Source: Bispira polyomma (lineage: Eukaryota). From it: a stretch of 64,000 bases of DNA. Location of the stretch: the NCBI GenBank assembly GCA_965649765.1, contig OZ287756.1, forward strand, positions 61,194,001 through 61,258,000, in the 5' to 3' direction. Under the pieces are notes generated by a model, which had not been told where the DNA came from, did not search any database, and saw nothing but the letters and a program-made list of their open reading frames with translations. The position numbers and the translations under genes were made by a program. Below, one piece after another: positions 10,854 to 24,125 of the stretch (position 1 is the stretch's first letter; every line of letters starts with the position of its first letter).

Positions 10854-11549
10854 GTCAGTGACGTATGGGTTAACGTGAATGCCAAGGTCAGTGAAGAACA
10901 GATTAACCTGAATGCCAGGGTCACTGAAGAAATGCCTGTCATAATTTTTATATTTCTAGAATTTTTCTAAATTACAGTCAAATACAATCACAAAAGTAAT
11001 GAAAAAACCAGGCCTGTTCTCAACCAGACTAACATTTGCGACCCTCCATTGTGGCAGGTCACACCCGGAATATATTGTTATGCCACATATAGATCACTCT
11101 CCCTGGGGCATAGCCACGGTTAACCCCAATAAGCCCAGGCGAACCAATTTAATGACATGAAACGTTGACATAACTGTCGCAGAGGTGATACTTTACTAAC
11201 ACCCATGAATGAGAAAGGAAGACATAACGAACACTAACAAATACCCACTAATACATCACTAACCGCAACAAAAGTTCAGTGACTGCTACTAATTGACACT
11301 AATGGGAATCGAGTCAGAAGGAGGCAACACCATCTGCTACTGACGAGAACCATTTCAGAACAAATCAAGACATATACCCATCCGCCCCACAAAAACATTT
11401 AGACAAATCTGAACCAAAGTTGAAACATACTATTTGACATGTCAGGTTTGTTGACTTTTGCTTATGGTAACAGCTCTCTCCCTCGCCATGCTCATCGTCA
11501 GTTAATCCAAGCTTCGTCCAGGACAGAGAACTCGGTCTAGGGTGAACCT

Positions 11550-11770
11550 TGGTAGTGTAGTGGTAAGACTCATGCCCCCAAACTCTGGAGTCACGGGTTC
11601 AAAAATCGGCCATGTGGATAAGTTATAAAACTACACCAACTAAAAGATGCTAGTTTTCAGAGTAAAAAACCTTGACCAACTACCCTGTTCTGATATTCTC
11701 CGCCAGTGAACTGTCCATGCTTGTATGATACAGGATATGTTGAAAGTGACGTTAAATCAAATTTAAACTA
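11550..11770 (+). mobile_element. Old tRNA-derived SINE copy
   Basis: A-box-like gtagtgtagtggt, B-box-like gggttcaaa; 3' end gttgaaagtgacgttaaa shared with 13490-13640. Confidence 0.55.
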
Positions 11771-11825
11771 CAACCATTAAGTAAGACTACCATATATATA
11801 TATACCACATGTATTTTAACTGAAG

Positions 11826-11972
11826 GTGTCCAAAGGACTCCGTCCACTTCACTATGCCGCCTACGAGAATTACGTGGAAATTATTGATTACTTGGTCACC
11901 GAAGGTGCTGACGTCAATCTTTGTGATGACGTAGGATACACGCCACTCCATATAGCAGCTAACCACGGACAG
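11826..11972 (+). CDS. Ankyrin repeat and SOCS box protein, exon 2
   Basis: AG at 11824-11825; VSKGLRPLHYAAYENYVEIIDYLVTEGADVNLCDDVGYTPLHIAANHGQ; donor CAG|GTAAG. Confidence 0.9.
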
Positions 11973-13044
11973 GTAAGGGGGTTATAAGGGGTTATAAAGC
12001 TAACTACGAAAAATGTTTGACAATTTTTTATTTTTTACTACAATATGACATCATAAAATAGAATCTATTAATAGCTCAACTATTCCCTATAGGGTAAATA
12101 AAGGTTTACATATTACTTGCTTTTCTTTGAAGAAACTGTGACAATATTCTGTCGCTAAAACTAAACTGTACCATCACTACCCTTGTAGGTGTAGTTCAAC
12201 TACCAATATAAAGCTATAATTGTGGTGACATTGCATTATAGGGCGGGTGGTGGACTTTCTTTAAAGTCATGTTTCCCCAAGCATTATATGAGGGCGGTTT
12301 GACTTTGTAAATTCGTACTGGTGATGAGAAGACAGGTCCAATTCACAAAGTAGACTCATAATGCCTTCATGCACGGTGGATAAAGATAACATACTGAAAG
12401 ACTTGTGCGCCAGTCTAGGCGGGTGTAGGCAACAGTTATGGTGGTTTGAATCTCGGCCCTAACATTGTTGTGTCAAAATTGGCAGCAGACTGGATGAAAG
12501 CCAGTGACTTACAGAGTGCTAATCTTACGATAGAATACAAATGTCTTGAATCCAGCATTAAAAAAAACAATAAATTAACAAATACTTCTGAACGTTCCAA
12601 TTGATGGTTAGAAACAGTAGCCCGGTGGTTAGAAAGTTAATCTGGTGATCAGAGGGTTCAACTCCGAAGCCACAATTAATGGTAATTTATGATGGGAAAC
12701 ATGGCCAGGTGTGAACTCACGGTTGCCTCTCTGATAACGATCAATGTTATGTTATATGTGAAATGTTAGTGGATATTTGAATGTATTTTCTGAGGTGATC
12801 AGGCAATGGCCCATGGCAATTTGATTGGTTTTACTGATACACAAGTATCTGTTTACATTTGAGCAACGCTGATAAGTGGCAGGCAATGCAAAGCAATGTT
12901 TTGAAAAAAAAAATAGCTCTGTATGTCCCCGTGTAAACATTGTCGATTCTTTATTAATAATTCAGAAACTACTGAAAGTAATAATTTCTTAAAAGCATGG
13001 CGAAAAAGCTTATTTTATTTGGTTTATTGTGCTTTTTGTTGTAT

Positions 13045-13180
13045 CAAAATCGGTTGACAAATGACTAAGACATTTTAAGTTTAAATACAGGTATCCATTT
13101 TTCTTAAATACTTCTATGGAAGCATATCAATTGCCGATTGCCTGTTGAACATCGGCTGATTGCTGTCGCCCATTGCCGAC
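13045..13180. repeat. Interspersed repeat fragment; inverted copy at about 23518-23640
   Basis: ttaagtttaaatacaggtatcca...attgccgattg matches the reverse complement of 23518-23640. Confidence 0.65.
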
Positions 13181-14892
13181 ATGGAAATGCAGACTGACTT
13201 GTATACCAAGGCTCACACGTTTAGCTATTTGAATTATTTGAGTGGACAAAAACAATAATTTTTCTGTGAAGGACAAAACAAATAACTTACAATGACACAT
13301 ATATTAATTGTTTCTGTAAACAGATTCTACTCCTTGCTTTTTTAAATACAAGGACATGTACTTTCGGTTCCAGAAAAAAAATGTTCTCCATGTTGCATTA
13401 TTGTTGTACATAATGTGTTCCAAAAGAAATTTGAATACATCAAAATATTATATACAATAGTAATACTAATATATGTGATAAACGATGCATTTTTTACTTG
13501 CAGATGCCCTGTGGTTTTACAGTGCTACAATATCTTGCTCAACTAGCACTGCTTTCCCCCACCAGTATAAAAACTGTCCCTCGTTAAATGCCCGTACAAT
13601 GAGTTGAAAGTGACGTTAAACCCAAAAATAATCAATCAGTCAATGCTTTATTTTAAAAGCGTGCGATACAAGACCAAATATATACCATAACAAAAATACA
13701 ACAAGTCTGATGCAAGGCTAAGTGTGCTACCTTATAAACACCACCAGCTCACCTACAATGTATTGATTCCACAGTAACACACCACAAGTCATGTGAATAG
13801 AATACTAGTACTGTAAGCTTGGAAGTACTGGCTAATTTAAGTAAGGCAGAAAAAGAGTGAAATGTCAGCCATAAGTTGATATTTAAGAATCCAATGTTTC
13901 AAGGCAAAATATGTGAAATACCACATAAGAAGTATTTATTTCTACAAAACAAAAACATTCTACATATTGTTCTGTTTACTTGAAAGGTGCACAATGGCCT
14001 ATTTAGTAACCTTGGTGATATGTTGTAAATATTGGTGGATATAACTGTGTACTTCTACATGCAGTTGTATGGATCAAACATGCATGTATATATATTGCTA
14101 TAATACACATTATACATTAGAATTCTACTTTACCAAATATATACAATGTGGGAGATTCTGAGGCAAATTATGGCCATCTTTTGATGTACCCCTGATAAAA
14201 TAGAGGATGGGTACATTTTAACAGTGTTACTGTAAAGCCAAAGTACTGTGTATACCGGACATCCAGTAATATCAACTCCATTCCATACGTCATATTATTA
14301 TCATTATTAAGGCTGTGTTATATTCTATCACTAATAAGTTGTTTACAAAGCAATTGTGGTGGATTTGTGAAGGGTGCAATATAAAGGAACATACATATGA
14401 AAAGGTGCCTTTATATGAAATTAATGTCAGTGTTTACAGTGTGAACAGATTTTTATGGAAGTTTATCTGTAGTATTTGTGCAACATTGTAACTGAAGGAT
14501 TTAACAGTAGTTCACAGAAAAAAGTGAGTCTGGTCTAGTCTTGATTAAGGATCTATAGTAACAGCATCTTTTAAGAAAGTATTAAATATTATTAACTATT
14601 GTAATGTCAGCTAAATGTCCTGTTGGAAAACATAGCCTGATATAGCCAGTATGTAAACAGTTAACTTCCAAACCGCAGGTTATTGATTTATTTTTGTTTC
14701 AAACCAATTGGCGGTTATTCTATTGGGTTCTTCTATAGTGTATGGCTTACTACGGATTAAGATTGGTCTCACATCTGTTTACCTGGGTTTGAATGTAGGC
14801 CATATCATGTATGTTTGAATGTTTGCAGTAGGCTTGCTGAAGGCTTGTGGTTTGCAGTTTAAATGTTGTCCAATTAATAGTTTGTAGTTCAG

Positions 14893-15179
14893 GCCTCATA
14901 TTCACTAACATTGTTCTTATTCTTAAAAAATAAGAATTTTTGGAAGAATTGTTATCAAAATACTTTCCTATAAAAAAACCCCAATAATTCCATGCTAGTT
15001 AACAACTACAATATTAATACGACCTGTTTTGTACACAGCAAAAATACCTAATTTGTAAACATTTACTTTGTGAATCTGAACATCCTCAGGAATTTAGAAG
15101 TTCTTGTTGTCGGAATTTTTATCGAAAAGTTTATGACTAAGAGTAATTCTAAGCTTAGGAATGTTAGTAAATATGAAGC
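14893..15179. mobile_element. PIF/Harbinger-like MITE with CAG TSD
   Basis: TIRs of about 20 bp (gcctcatattcactaacatt / aatgttagtaaatatgaagc); CAG at 14890-14892 and 15180-15182. Confidence 0.8.
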
Positions 15180-15182
15180 CAG

Positions 15183-15416
15183 GGCTGGTATTCTGAAATT
15201 ATACTGGGCTGAAACTCATACTCAACTCAAATCTGGATTCTCCATAACCCTGGATACAGTAAACATTTCTAAAATCTGACTTCATATTTGAATTCAGCGC
15301 TGAAAGCTCTATTAAAATGAATGGTCACAAGTATAAGTTATTTCCATGTACAATGATTTCCACACAGCCTATATTTGAGTTGAGTATGAGTTTCAGCTTG
15401 TTCGAGAATATGGGCC
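15183..15416. mobile_element. Second PIF/Harbinger-like MITE with CAG TSD
   Basis: Inverted gctgaaactcatactcaactcaaat / atttgagttgagtatgagtttcagc; ggc...gcc termini; CAG at 15180-15182 and 15417-15419. Confidence 0.8.
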
Positions 15417-15550
15417 CAGATATCTTAAGCCAACTACCCTGTTCTACTTTATTGTACCACTGAAACTACCATGTCATGATATATTACACAGTTGTTCTAA
15501 GCAAACTTTAAACCCAAAGTCAACTTCAATCTCTGAATGTTTGTTTGAAG

Positions 15551-15699
15551 GAAGGAGCCTTGAGGTGTCTGATTGGTCACGGAGCTGTTGTCAACTTCTG
15601 TGATGCGGACACTGAAGACCGACGTTCCAACGCAAGCCGCATTCTCAGTGAACTCACCATTAACCCTCTTAGTCTGGCCTTGGAGAATGATCACTACAA
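15551..15699 (+). CDS. Ankyrin repeat and SOCS box protein, exon 3
   Basis: EGALRCLIGHGAVVNFCD...INPLSLALENDHY; donor AA|GTGAGT (phase 2) matches exon 4. Confidence 0.85.
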
Positions 15700-15711
15700 G
15701 TGAGTTTATCT

Positions 15712-15712
15712 G

Positions 15713-15759
<47 letters not shown>

Positions 15760-15822
15760 TGAGTATTCCAGACCTCAAATATCTGCAAGTGTGAGTATTC
15801 CAGACCTCAAATGTCTGCAAGT
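15712..15822. repeat. (TA)n followed by a 32-bp tandem duplication
   Basis: gtgtgagtattccagacctcaaat(a/g)tctgcaa twice. Confidence 0.9.
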
Positions 15823-17086
15823 TTGACAAAAGTTAGAACAGAAGCCACAGATATTTGCCCGGCCTGTCTCTGAAACACGTAAAGGATTAATACTGTTTGG
15901 AGTAAACATTGCCTGAAAATTTTGGCAAAGAAGAATAGAAAAGAATATGCAAATACCTATATTGGTGATGATACAAGTGATAGTCAAACAATTTAAGCAC
16001 TCAAGCTAGACAAACAAGATGAATATATATATTCAAACCTAAGTAGAGTTACAAACTAATAAATGTCAAAGCTAGTAACATTAGAAAAATACTGAAGTTC
16101 CAAAACTTGTGTCAATCTGTGTTGCTAGTTCACAGCATGAATCAGAAGGTTTATTGGTCGAACTGGTGATCTCATTAATGTCATTGCAAGTGACAATATT
16201 TGAATCTTAAGATAGCCAAGCGAACGGCCAACTAATAGACGTTTGCATTCACTGTCATCATTACAGAATGAATGAGATATATACTACCCGTGAAAATGAC
16301 AATATATATATATATAATGCACCCCCACATTTTTCCTTATGACCTGGCGATGTTTTTTGTTTGGGTAATTGGTTATTGTTGGGCTTTAGAAATGTAACTA
16401 TAAATGTGTGTATGTTTGTGTGGAGTCCTATCCTTATCAATTTCAATATAAAAATACTGGTTTGGAAACTATTCCGGTTTTATTCTGCTAGCTTGGTTGA
16501 CACACTTTAAAAAACTCATCTTTCTTTTGTTCCCAGTCATCTAACTTGTATATAAATTAATATTTATGAGTATGTTAAACAGTTAAATACCCAAGCAGGT
16601 AATGATAAACATTGGGTGCATTATGTACACCTTTAGAATACTGCTGTTATGACTAAGCACATTATGACTTTGAATACTACAGTTTATACTCAAATATCAC
16701 CTCTATTGATTTCTCAGCCGATTTTACAGTTTACACCCCAGCCTGGGTTCTTCCACTTTTCAACCAATTGTTCAGTCTCAGCTCCCCCAGGAAGCATACT
16801 AGCTCACAACGGATTTACAGAGCGTCACATTGACACAAACCCCAAAGGCGTCTCCAAAAGGGAAAGTCTTTTGTATGCAAGGAGTTAAAAATACATGTAA
16901 CATGTTTTTTAGCTGTGTTTGCTCATAAAGTTTTATCGTTAAAATTACTTCCCAATCAGTAAGTAAAATTCTCATTTTGTATTAATCTTCTTTAACCAAT
17001 TCTGAACTTTTTGTATGTAATTTTTGTTTACATTCCTTGTTTACGTTTATATAAGTATTATGTACATATATATACAACTATTCTAG

Positions 17087-18086
17087 GTGTGTAGATGCAT
17101 TGCTACAAAACGGAGCCAATCCAAATCAAAAGTACTTTCTGGGCCACGAAATCACACTGGTCCCACTGCAGAACACCAGAAGCCTTGATCTAATGCTCAA
17201 ATATGGCGCTGACCCAGACGTTTTTAACCGAGCTGGTCTGTCCACTCTGATGCGAGCTTCGAAACAAGGCGCAAATGACACAGTCAAAGTTTTACTGAAA
17301 CACGGTGCCAACGTCAATTTGCAGTGCCCCCCGAAATTCGACCAAAAGACAGCCTTGCATTATGCCTCCATGGCAGGCCACACAGACATATGTAAACTCT
17401 TACTGGACGCGGGTTCTCAAACTAATGCACCACCTGACTTTCGGTATGCACCCATTGATTTTGCAATCACTCAGGATCACTACGATGTGTGCAAGCTGCT
17501 GCTGGAGTATGGCGCAGACGCCAATGAGATCAACGGTGATAGCTGCTCACCACTGCAAGTGGCATGCACTGCATTCGGTCTAAAGAAGCGCAAGGATATT
17601 GTCGAGGTACTTCTTCGACACGGTGCCGAGCCGAACTACAACAGTGGCATATATTCCTACATCGGCCCGTCGCTGAGTCCCATCGTCGAGTACTTCACCT
17701 ACAACGGCGAAGACTATGACTATAGCCTGGTCAAGGCGCTAGTGCAGCACGGCTCCAGAGTAAACATGCGCCTGCCCACCAGGCTTCTCAAAATCAACGA
17801 CGCCTATGGAGTATTGGGCCAGGTGCACAAACTGAGGCCTTATGAGGACATGCTGAGGTTTCTGCTGGACGCCACAGGGGATTTTGATCTGGCACAGATC
17901 GAAAAGGAAAGCTCTCTCTCCAACAGGCAGAAAGAACTGCTTCTTGAGATGGCCACAGAGCCCAGGACCTTAATGCATCTCACTCGCGGTACCATCCGCC
18001 TCATTTTGCAGCCACCAATTTACAGCAAAATAGACCTGTTGCCTTTGCCCAAATTTTTGAAGGATTACTTATTCTTCAGTGTGTAG
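17087..18086 (+). CDS. Ankyrin repeat and SOCS box protein, terminal exon (whole protein about 481 aa)
   Basis: ttctag| acceptor; several ankyrin repeats (TALHYASMAGHTDICKLLLDAG); C-terminal SOCS box PRTLMHLTRGTIR...IDLLPLPKFLKDYL. Confidence 0.93.
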
Positions 18087-19982
18087 TGCTTTGGTTTTTG
18101 CCTAATTGATTGTTTTGGAAAATTTGTCTCTCCGTCACAGGTGTGTTATTCAAGCATTTAAAAAATAATATAAATTGACCCATCATCACTTGTTCGCCCA
18201 GTTTGTTTAATTTATAAGTTAAGATAAGCCATCTTCCATCTAGGATAGAGTATACTGTGATCCGGATTACATTCAATATTTAGTATATGGTGAGTAACCT
18301 ATATCTAAAGCTCAAGTCCTACCGGATTTACATTAGTCTATATTAACCAGGCAAGGCTGACACTAATATTTGATGCAAAAGTTCATGCAGAAGTCAATTT
18401 ATATTTTTTATTACGTCAAAGGTGTAAACTGATGCAGAGATACATGTATTTGTACGTTAATACCTGTAAAGACTAGCAAGCATTCATACGCAAAGACAAG
18501 CAAATATACATAAATGATGCACATTGACCCGTTAATATAGGTAATACTCCGACAATTTCTATGTATTACATTAACACTCGTTTTGCTATGTCAAACCACG
18601 TTTCAGGACTAGATGTACGCAAGTCCACATTTTTTGTTACATTGCTTGCCGCATCAATCTTACGAGGTTTGTGTGTACAAATTTTAAACGGTTTGAAATT
18701 ACAAATTTCTTGGGTCTCATCTCTCACACTAGGTTATGTATGTTTAAGTATATTATGTCAGCTCCCGCAAATACCATGCAAAACTTACACAAATTATTTT
18801 TTAAACGACTCCTAACGTGATGGCCGGTGGGACTGGGCATAAAGTATGGCAGTAAACAAAACATCACAAATGTCTAGTATTAAAACAATATAAAAAGTTC
18901 ACAAATAATATCTTGACTATTTTTGTATTTTTAACATGGTAGGGCATTTACAGAACAATAATAATAATAATACAGCCAGTAGTGTATGTTACTTAGGTTA
19001 GTGTATTGCCTTTAGTATTGAAGTAGATTATATGACTTTAGTATTTAACAAATGATAAAGTAGAGATGTATTCAGCAATGTTGTGATAACGTGCTTATCA
19101 TTATACACAATATTATTCAGTGTAATGTTTTTTGGTTGTGGTTTTATTTTCATGAACTGTGATCACCACTGAGAGTCTTATATTATAAATAACAAGTCAT
19201 ACAACGTTTGCAATATACTACTGATCATAATGATATCAGTTAGAACCTCAGGTCATCTTAACATCTCAATACTTAATTTTATGAACTAATTTTCATTTTC
19301 TCAAATTTATGTTTTTTTCCTATAGTTTTGTACTAAAAGGCATCTTCTATCATTGCTCCCAGCATGTATGATAGATATTCTAGTGCATTACTTTTGACTG
19401 AATTGATAACAATTAGGCCTCAATGAGTATAATTTTTATTTTTTAAACTTACAAATATTTGATTTAATGAACTAAATTTCCACTCTATTGTTTTACAATA
19501 AGATTATCCACCAAGTTTACAAACCCTTCTATTGTCTGGCCATAATCTCAATCTCCCAGAGTGTTCAAACATTAGCTTTTTACTAACTGGCTTATATTTT
19601 TCATTTTAAAAATTCAAAAAACGGTAAAAACCTCTCAAGCGCCACTGTGCCAGTAAAACAAAAATCCTAGAGCTGATTTATTGGCAATTGATGTATAGTC
19701 TTGGGATTATATATCCATATCATCATATTGATGTTATTGTGCTACTATTCTGATATTGTATTAATACCAACTGTTATATATTCTGTTATTTGTTCGCAAT
19801 TTTTAGCTAGATTTAACTTGCCACTAAACCTGTAGTGTTGTGTTTTTATGCATTTACTGTCCAGTTTTACTCTACATTTTACTGTAAAGTAAATTACACT
19901 ACGTCCATTGAAACAAGCAGTACCACTACCAGTATATTCTGATAACGAGAAAAAGTAAACGCAGGAAAATATGGTTTGATGC

Positions 19983-20290
19983 TTGTGTCAGTGCTAGAGA
20001 CCAAATTAGAACTAATAATTTAAATTAAGATCTTGACCAAAATCTGGTTAAAAATATTACTTTAGCAAACTGATTTCTTTTCCAATTCTCACTTTGTGTC
20101 AGTGCTAGAGACCAAACTTCTGGATACATTTTCCAGACCGACTATGTTTTGGCCAAAATTTGATGAAAACTGTTGCCATGCAAACTATTTTTCTGTTAAG
20201 TTTACACTTTGTGTCCGTGCTAGGGACCAAACTGATATAATCAAACTGATTATGTTTTGGTCAAAATCCGACAAAATGTTTTAGCAACCT
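19983..20290. repeat. Degenerate tandem repeat, period about 112 bp, three units
   Basis: ttgtgtc(a/c)gtgctag(a/g)gaccaaa at about 19983, 20095 and 20209. Confidence 0.75.
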
Positions 20291-21749
20291 TTCTAATTTT
20301 TAAAATTTATTTTCTCAAGGGAAAAACTCATAGAGTTTAAGTGTCCAAGCTAATGGGCATAAAAATGTTGCAGGTAAATATGGCTGCTGCACCTCTATTA
20401 TTTTTTACATTTACACGATTACTTGTACCTTCTTAAACAGCTAATGCTTTTATTTGTGTTTCACTTAAAATATCCGTTAAATAAGAATTACTTATTTTCC
20501 ACAAGTGCAGGCCTGGGTTTTTTGATAGCCTTGGATGACTATTTTCTTTAACGTGTGCAAAAAATATGAGTGTATACAAACATTCCATACTTTTGAAAGG
20601 TAGATTGAGCAGCACTAAAATTACCTTGTTTATAGTATGTTCACTTATTTATTATATTGACTTCTATTAATTAAATATCTGGTATTTTAATCACTCTTAC
20701 ATGTTCATGGTTTAAATTTGGACATAGATTTCATGACAGTAGAGGCAACATAAAATATGTGTTGTACTTGTGTGACCAAAAATATCATTTGTATTTGCTT
20801 GTGTGAAATCAATGGCATCATAAGGTTCCCGTGTTTCTCTTATTATTGTTTCTGGAGTACCCAATATGTAACTAGGTTTTTTCACACCTAATTGCACCAA
20901 TTTGAAATAAATAATAATAATAAAATATTCGAATATTCCTACTGTTTTGGTACTAAATTGCTTCTTCTGTGTTGTCAACCTTCTATTATCTGAATAAAAA
21001 TTCTTGCTATCCCAACATGTTCAAATAACAGACATCTTATTGTATAATGAAAAGCACCAATTCCTATGATTCTGGATATCTTGTAATTTATAATGTCCTG
21101 ATCACTAACTATGTTTTGTACAACCAAACAAAATATACATAATTACATTAATACATGTCCAAGTTTAAATATGACTGGTTGAAAATTGCAGTAAATAGAA
21201 CTTTACACCAAGTGAATGGTTAAAAGGCATCATTCTTATGATGTTGCCCAATTTTTATAAATGTGTCCTATAACTATCGCCTATGGTGGGTTTTGAACTT
21301 ATAATTGAATTTATTACTGGAAATATTCTCACCTTGTGGTATATTACATAATAGGAACTGCTACAAACAAAAAACAAAACAAAACAGTTATACCTTTATG
21401 TGGCATTTTATTATTTATTATTTAAGGTTCATGTGTGGATATCAAGATTAACTAAGATATAACTAATGTTCCCCTAGTTTTATCAATGTTTTGGTTATCG
21501 GCTCTGTTAGGTGATAATTAAGGTATATTTATTCACTTTTTACTAGCAGGTTAACTGGACTGCAAAAAGAAATTTTAATTATATTATGGTAAACACCATA
21601 TTTGTGCTCTACATCAAGTATAACTAAATATATTGCTTGTAAATGCATCTAACACATGACTCATTTTCTCTGATATCATATTACAATAATGCTTCTTACA
21701 CATTATACTGGATAGAACTATCCAAATAAATATGTCCAAGAGAAATATT

Positions 21750-22585
21750 TCATTCAATGCCAAGAAGTTTTCCTATTGTCAGCAACTTAAAAGCATCACA
21801 CCTTTTACACTGGTACATCTTGGCACCTGCCAGATGGTCTCCTGAAGTCTCGCAGCCACTCCCAATAATTGTTGCTTCAAAATTTGGCCAGCTGATGTCG
21901 TCTTTGCGGCGTCTAAAGGTTGTCAGCGCAGCAGGGCAGCACACTGTCTTGGACAAGGACGTTGACATAACAGTGTTGACCTCACCCACAATGGCCCTGC
22001 TCTGCCTCAAGTCTTCGTTCTCACTTTCGATTGCCTTGAGTTTGGTTTCGAGATATTCCACTTTGGCTTTTGCATCCAGTTCTTCGTAGTGGCTTTTTTG
22101 GTAGCACTGTTTCTTAACTGGGAGAAGTCCCTGTTCAGCAGTTCTTTCAGGCAATTGCTGTAGAGATGTTCCAAGTCGTAGATGCTTGCAAAAGAGAAGA
22201 GCAGCATGGAGGCGGGCAGTTTCACCAAGATGACTCCACACCTCTGCCGTAGGCCGTCACAGCAGTACTCGTGGGCCAGAGGTAAGATCTTAAACACATT
22301 CTTGTCATCCAGGGGCTTCCCTATATGCGTCACATTAATGAATTCCATAATATCCTCATGGGACTTTAAGGGCAGTGGTATCTTGCTCTCGTGCGTCTCC
22401 TTTAAGTTCCGCTCGAACATCGATTTAAACACAGGCGAGATCATACTCAGGCAGATTTTGCTCGCCAGCAACTCCTTCCCTTCCACCTCAAAGGCGATAT
22501 CAGCAAATTTAATGATCTCATCGCACTGCAGTTTCCCCGACAGGTCAACACTAGTCTGTGAAGCCAGCTCGTTTAACCCCTCCAT
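21750..22585 (-). CDS. BTB/POZ-domain protein (paralog 1), frameshifted at an A6 run; pseudogene or sequence error
   Basis: FADIAFEVEGKELLASKICLSMISPVFKSMF...ILPLAHEY; acceptor tttcag just upstream of 22605; homology to paralog 2 continues only after a frame change at 22094-22099. Confidence 0.8.
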
Positions 22586-23223
22586 TTGTGTGTGGTGATT
22601 GTATGCTGAAAGCAGACAGAAATATAGTACAACCTGTGTTATATTACCCTAAAATATAGTTCACTTTGCCAGATTAAAACAAAATATGTTACTTTGGTTT
22701 AAGATATCCATGGAAGTTATTGTTTAAAATATTCTTGACTTTGGTTCATGAAGTGATGGGGATTGGCAAATTAAAATAAAATATTTTCTTCAGTTTAAGA
22801 TTTCCACTTACGGAACTTTTTTGGTTGATAAAAATATAGATTACTTCGGAAAAGAAACATGTGCCTGTGAAAAATAACAAAGTGATTTCGTACAAATTAG
22901 GCTGGTCTGACTTTGTAGAAAGCACTGATAGGTACTTCCAGATACGGATATTTAACTGGCTTTGAGCTTTGACTCAGGAGAAACATATTTTCTTTTATAA
23001 ATATCTTGCATATCTTAAATAGCCCTTTCTGAGAAATGTTCTATATTCTACTCTATACTATGAAGCTATAGCTTATACTATGAAGCTATAGCATTTTACT
23101 GGATACTAAATTTGGCATGATTATCAGGTTATCGGTTATAACTAACATGTAATTATAGTTTAATCACCTGGGACCGTATTCACAGAAAGGTCTTAGCCTG
23201 AACTTAGTCTTAACCTTAACATT

Positions 23224-23464
23224 AGGGCCGCGATGGCCTAGTGGTTAGCAAGCATTGCGCTTCACAATCACTGGTCTCTCACCTCTGGGCGCCTATGATG
23301 CCTATGTGGGAAAGATGGTAGTTCCTTAACTGTGGGCCGCTGGTTTCACTGTAGAACGTTAATTAACTGTATGCAGTGTTTCCTCCAGCGTTTCCAACTA
23401 TGTGTCCCAATATAACCTTAACAGCAACTAAAGTGGACATTAAATATCTAAATTCAAATTCAAA
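23224..23464 (+). mobile_element. tRNA-derived SINE, family 1 (internally deleted)
   Basis: A-box tggcctagtgg, (aaattc)n tail, 14-bp TSD ttaaccttaacatt (23210-23223 / 23465-23478). Confidence 0.9.
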
Positions 23465-23741
23465 TTAACCTTAACATTTATGTTTTAAATATTAAAGCCT
23501 GTGCAATGTTAGTCTTAGGGCAATCGGGCGACGGCTGACAGCAATCAGCAATTTTTTATGTTTCTATGCAATATTTAAGAAAAACTGGATACCTGTGTTT
23601 AAACTTAAATATTTTAATTATTTCTCAACCAAATTTGATGCAGTACCTTCAGTCAATTCTCAGATATTTTAAAAAAATTGGCAATGTTTACAAGGCCATT
23701 ACTTGGTGTGGCCATTTTGACACCAACAAGAATAATTGCTA

Positions 23742-24125
23742 TGCCGTGGTCACACTGGCCTTACGTTTCGATTATGCACAAAAAATGGCTAAAAATAGCA
23801 CACGTAAGGTGAAAGGTAAGCATTTACGTAGTAAACATTGTGTACTTAAGTAAACTTAAGCATACGTAAGTAAGATGGTGCCTTAAATCTCCCATTTTAA
23901 GAAAAACGTAAAATAAATTTAAGCTGCTCGAAATTTCTTACGTTTATGGCCGTTTTCCTGAAACGGTTGGTGCATTCGCGGGAAACGTACGATACATATT
24001 CAATGCATATATGACTTAAAGGACGGCAGTAAAACAAACTATACATCTAAATAATATTTAAAACGAGGAGAATGAGAATGAAACAGGTTTAGAAACGTGG
24101 CTAACATATTTTAAAATGTGGCTAA
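23742..24125 (+). mobile_element. Partial MITE; inverted relative of 59296-59795
   Basis: gccgtggtcacactgg terminus and internal sequence match the reverse complement of about 59490-59795. Confidence 0.7.

Noticed and set aside
19983-20290. Regularly spaced 23-bp motif resembling a CRISPR array
   Set aside because: The spacers are similar to each other (degenerate tandem repeat), the context is eukaryotic and there are no cas genes.
23566-23853. ORF similar to ORF 59684-59887 (FDYA..MAK..RKVK)
   Set aside because: The similarity comes from two copies of a non-coding MITE, not from a gene family.
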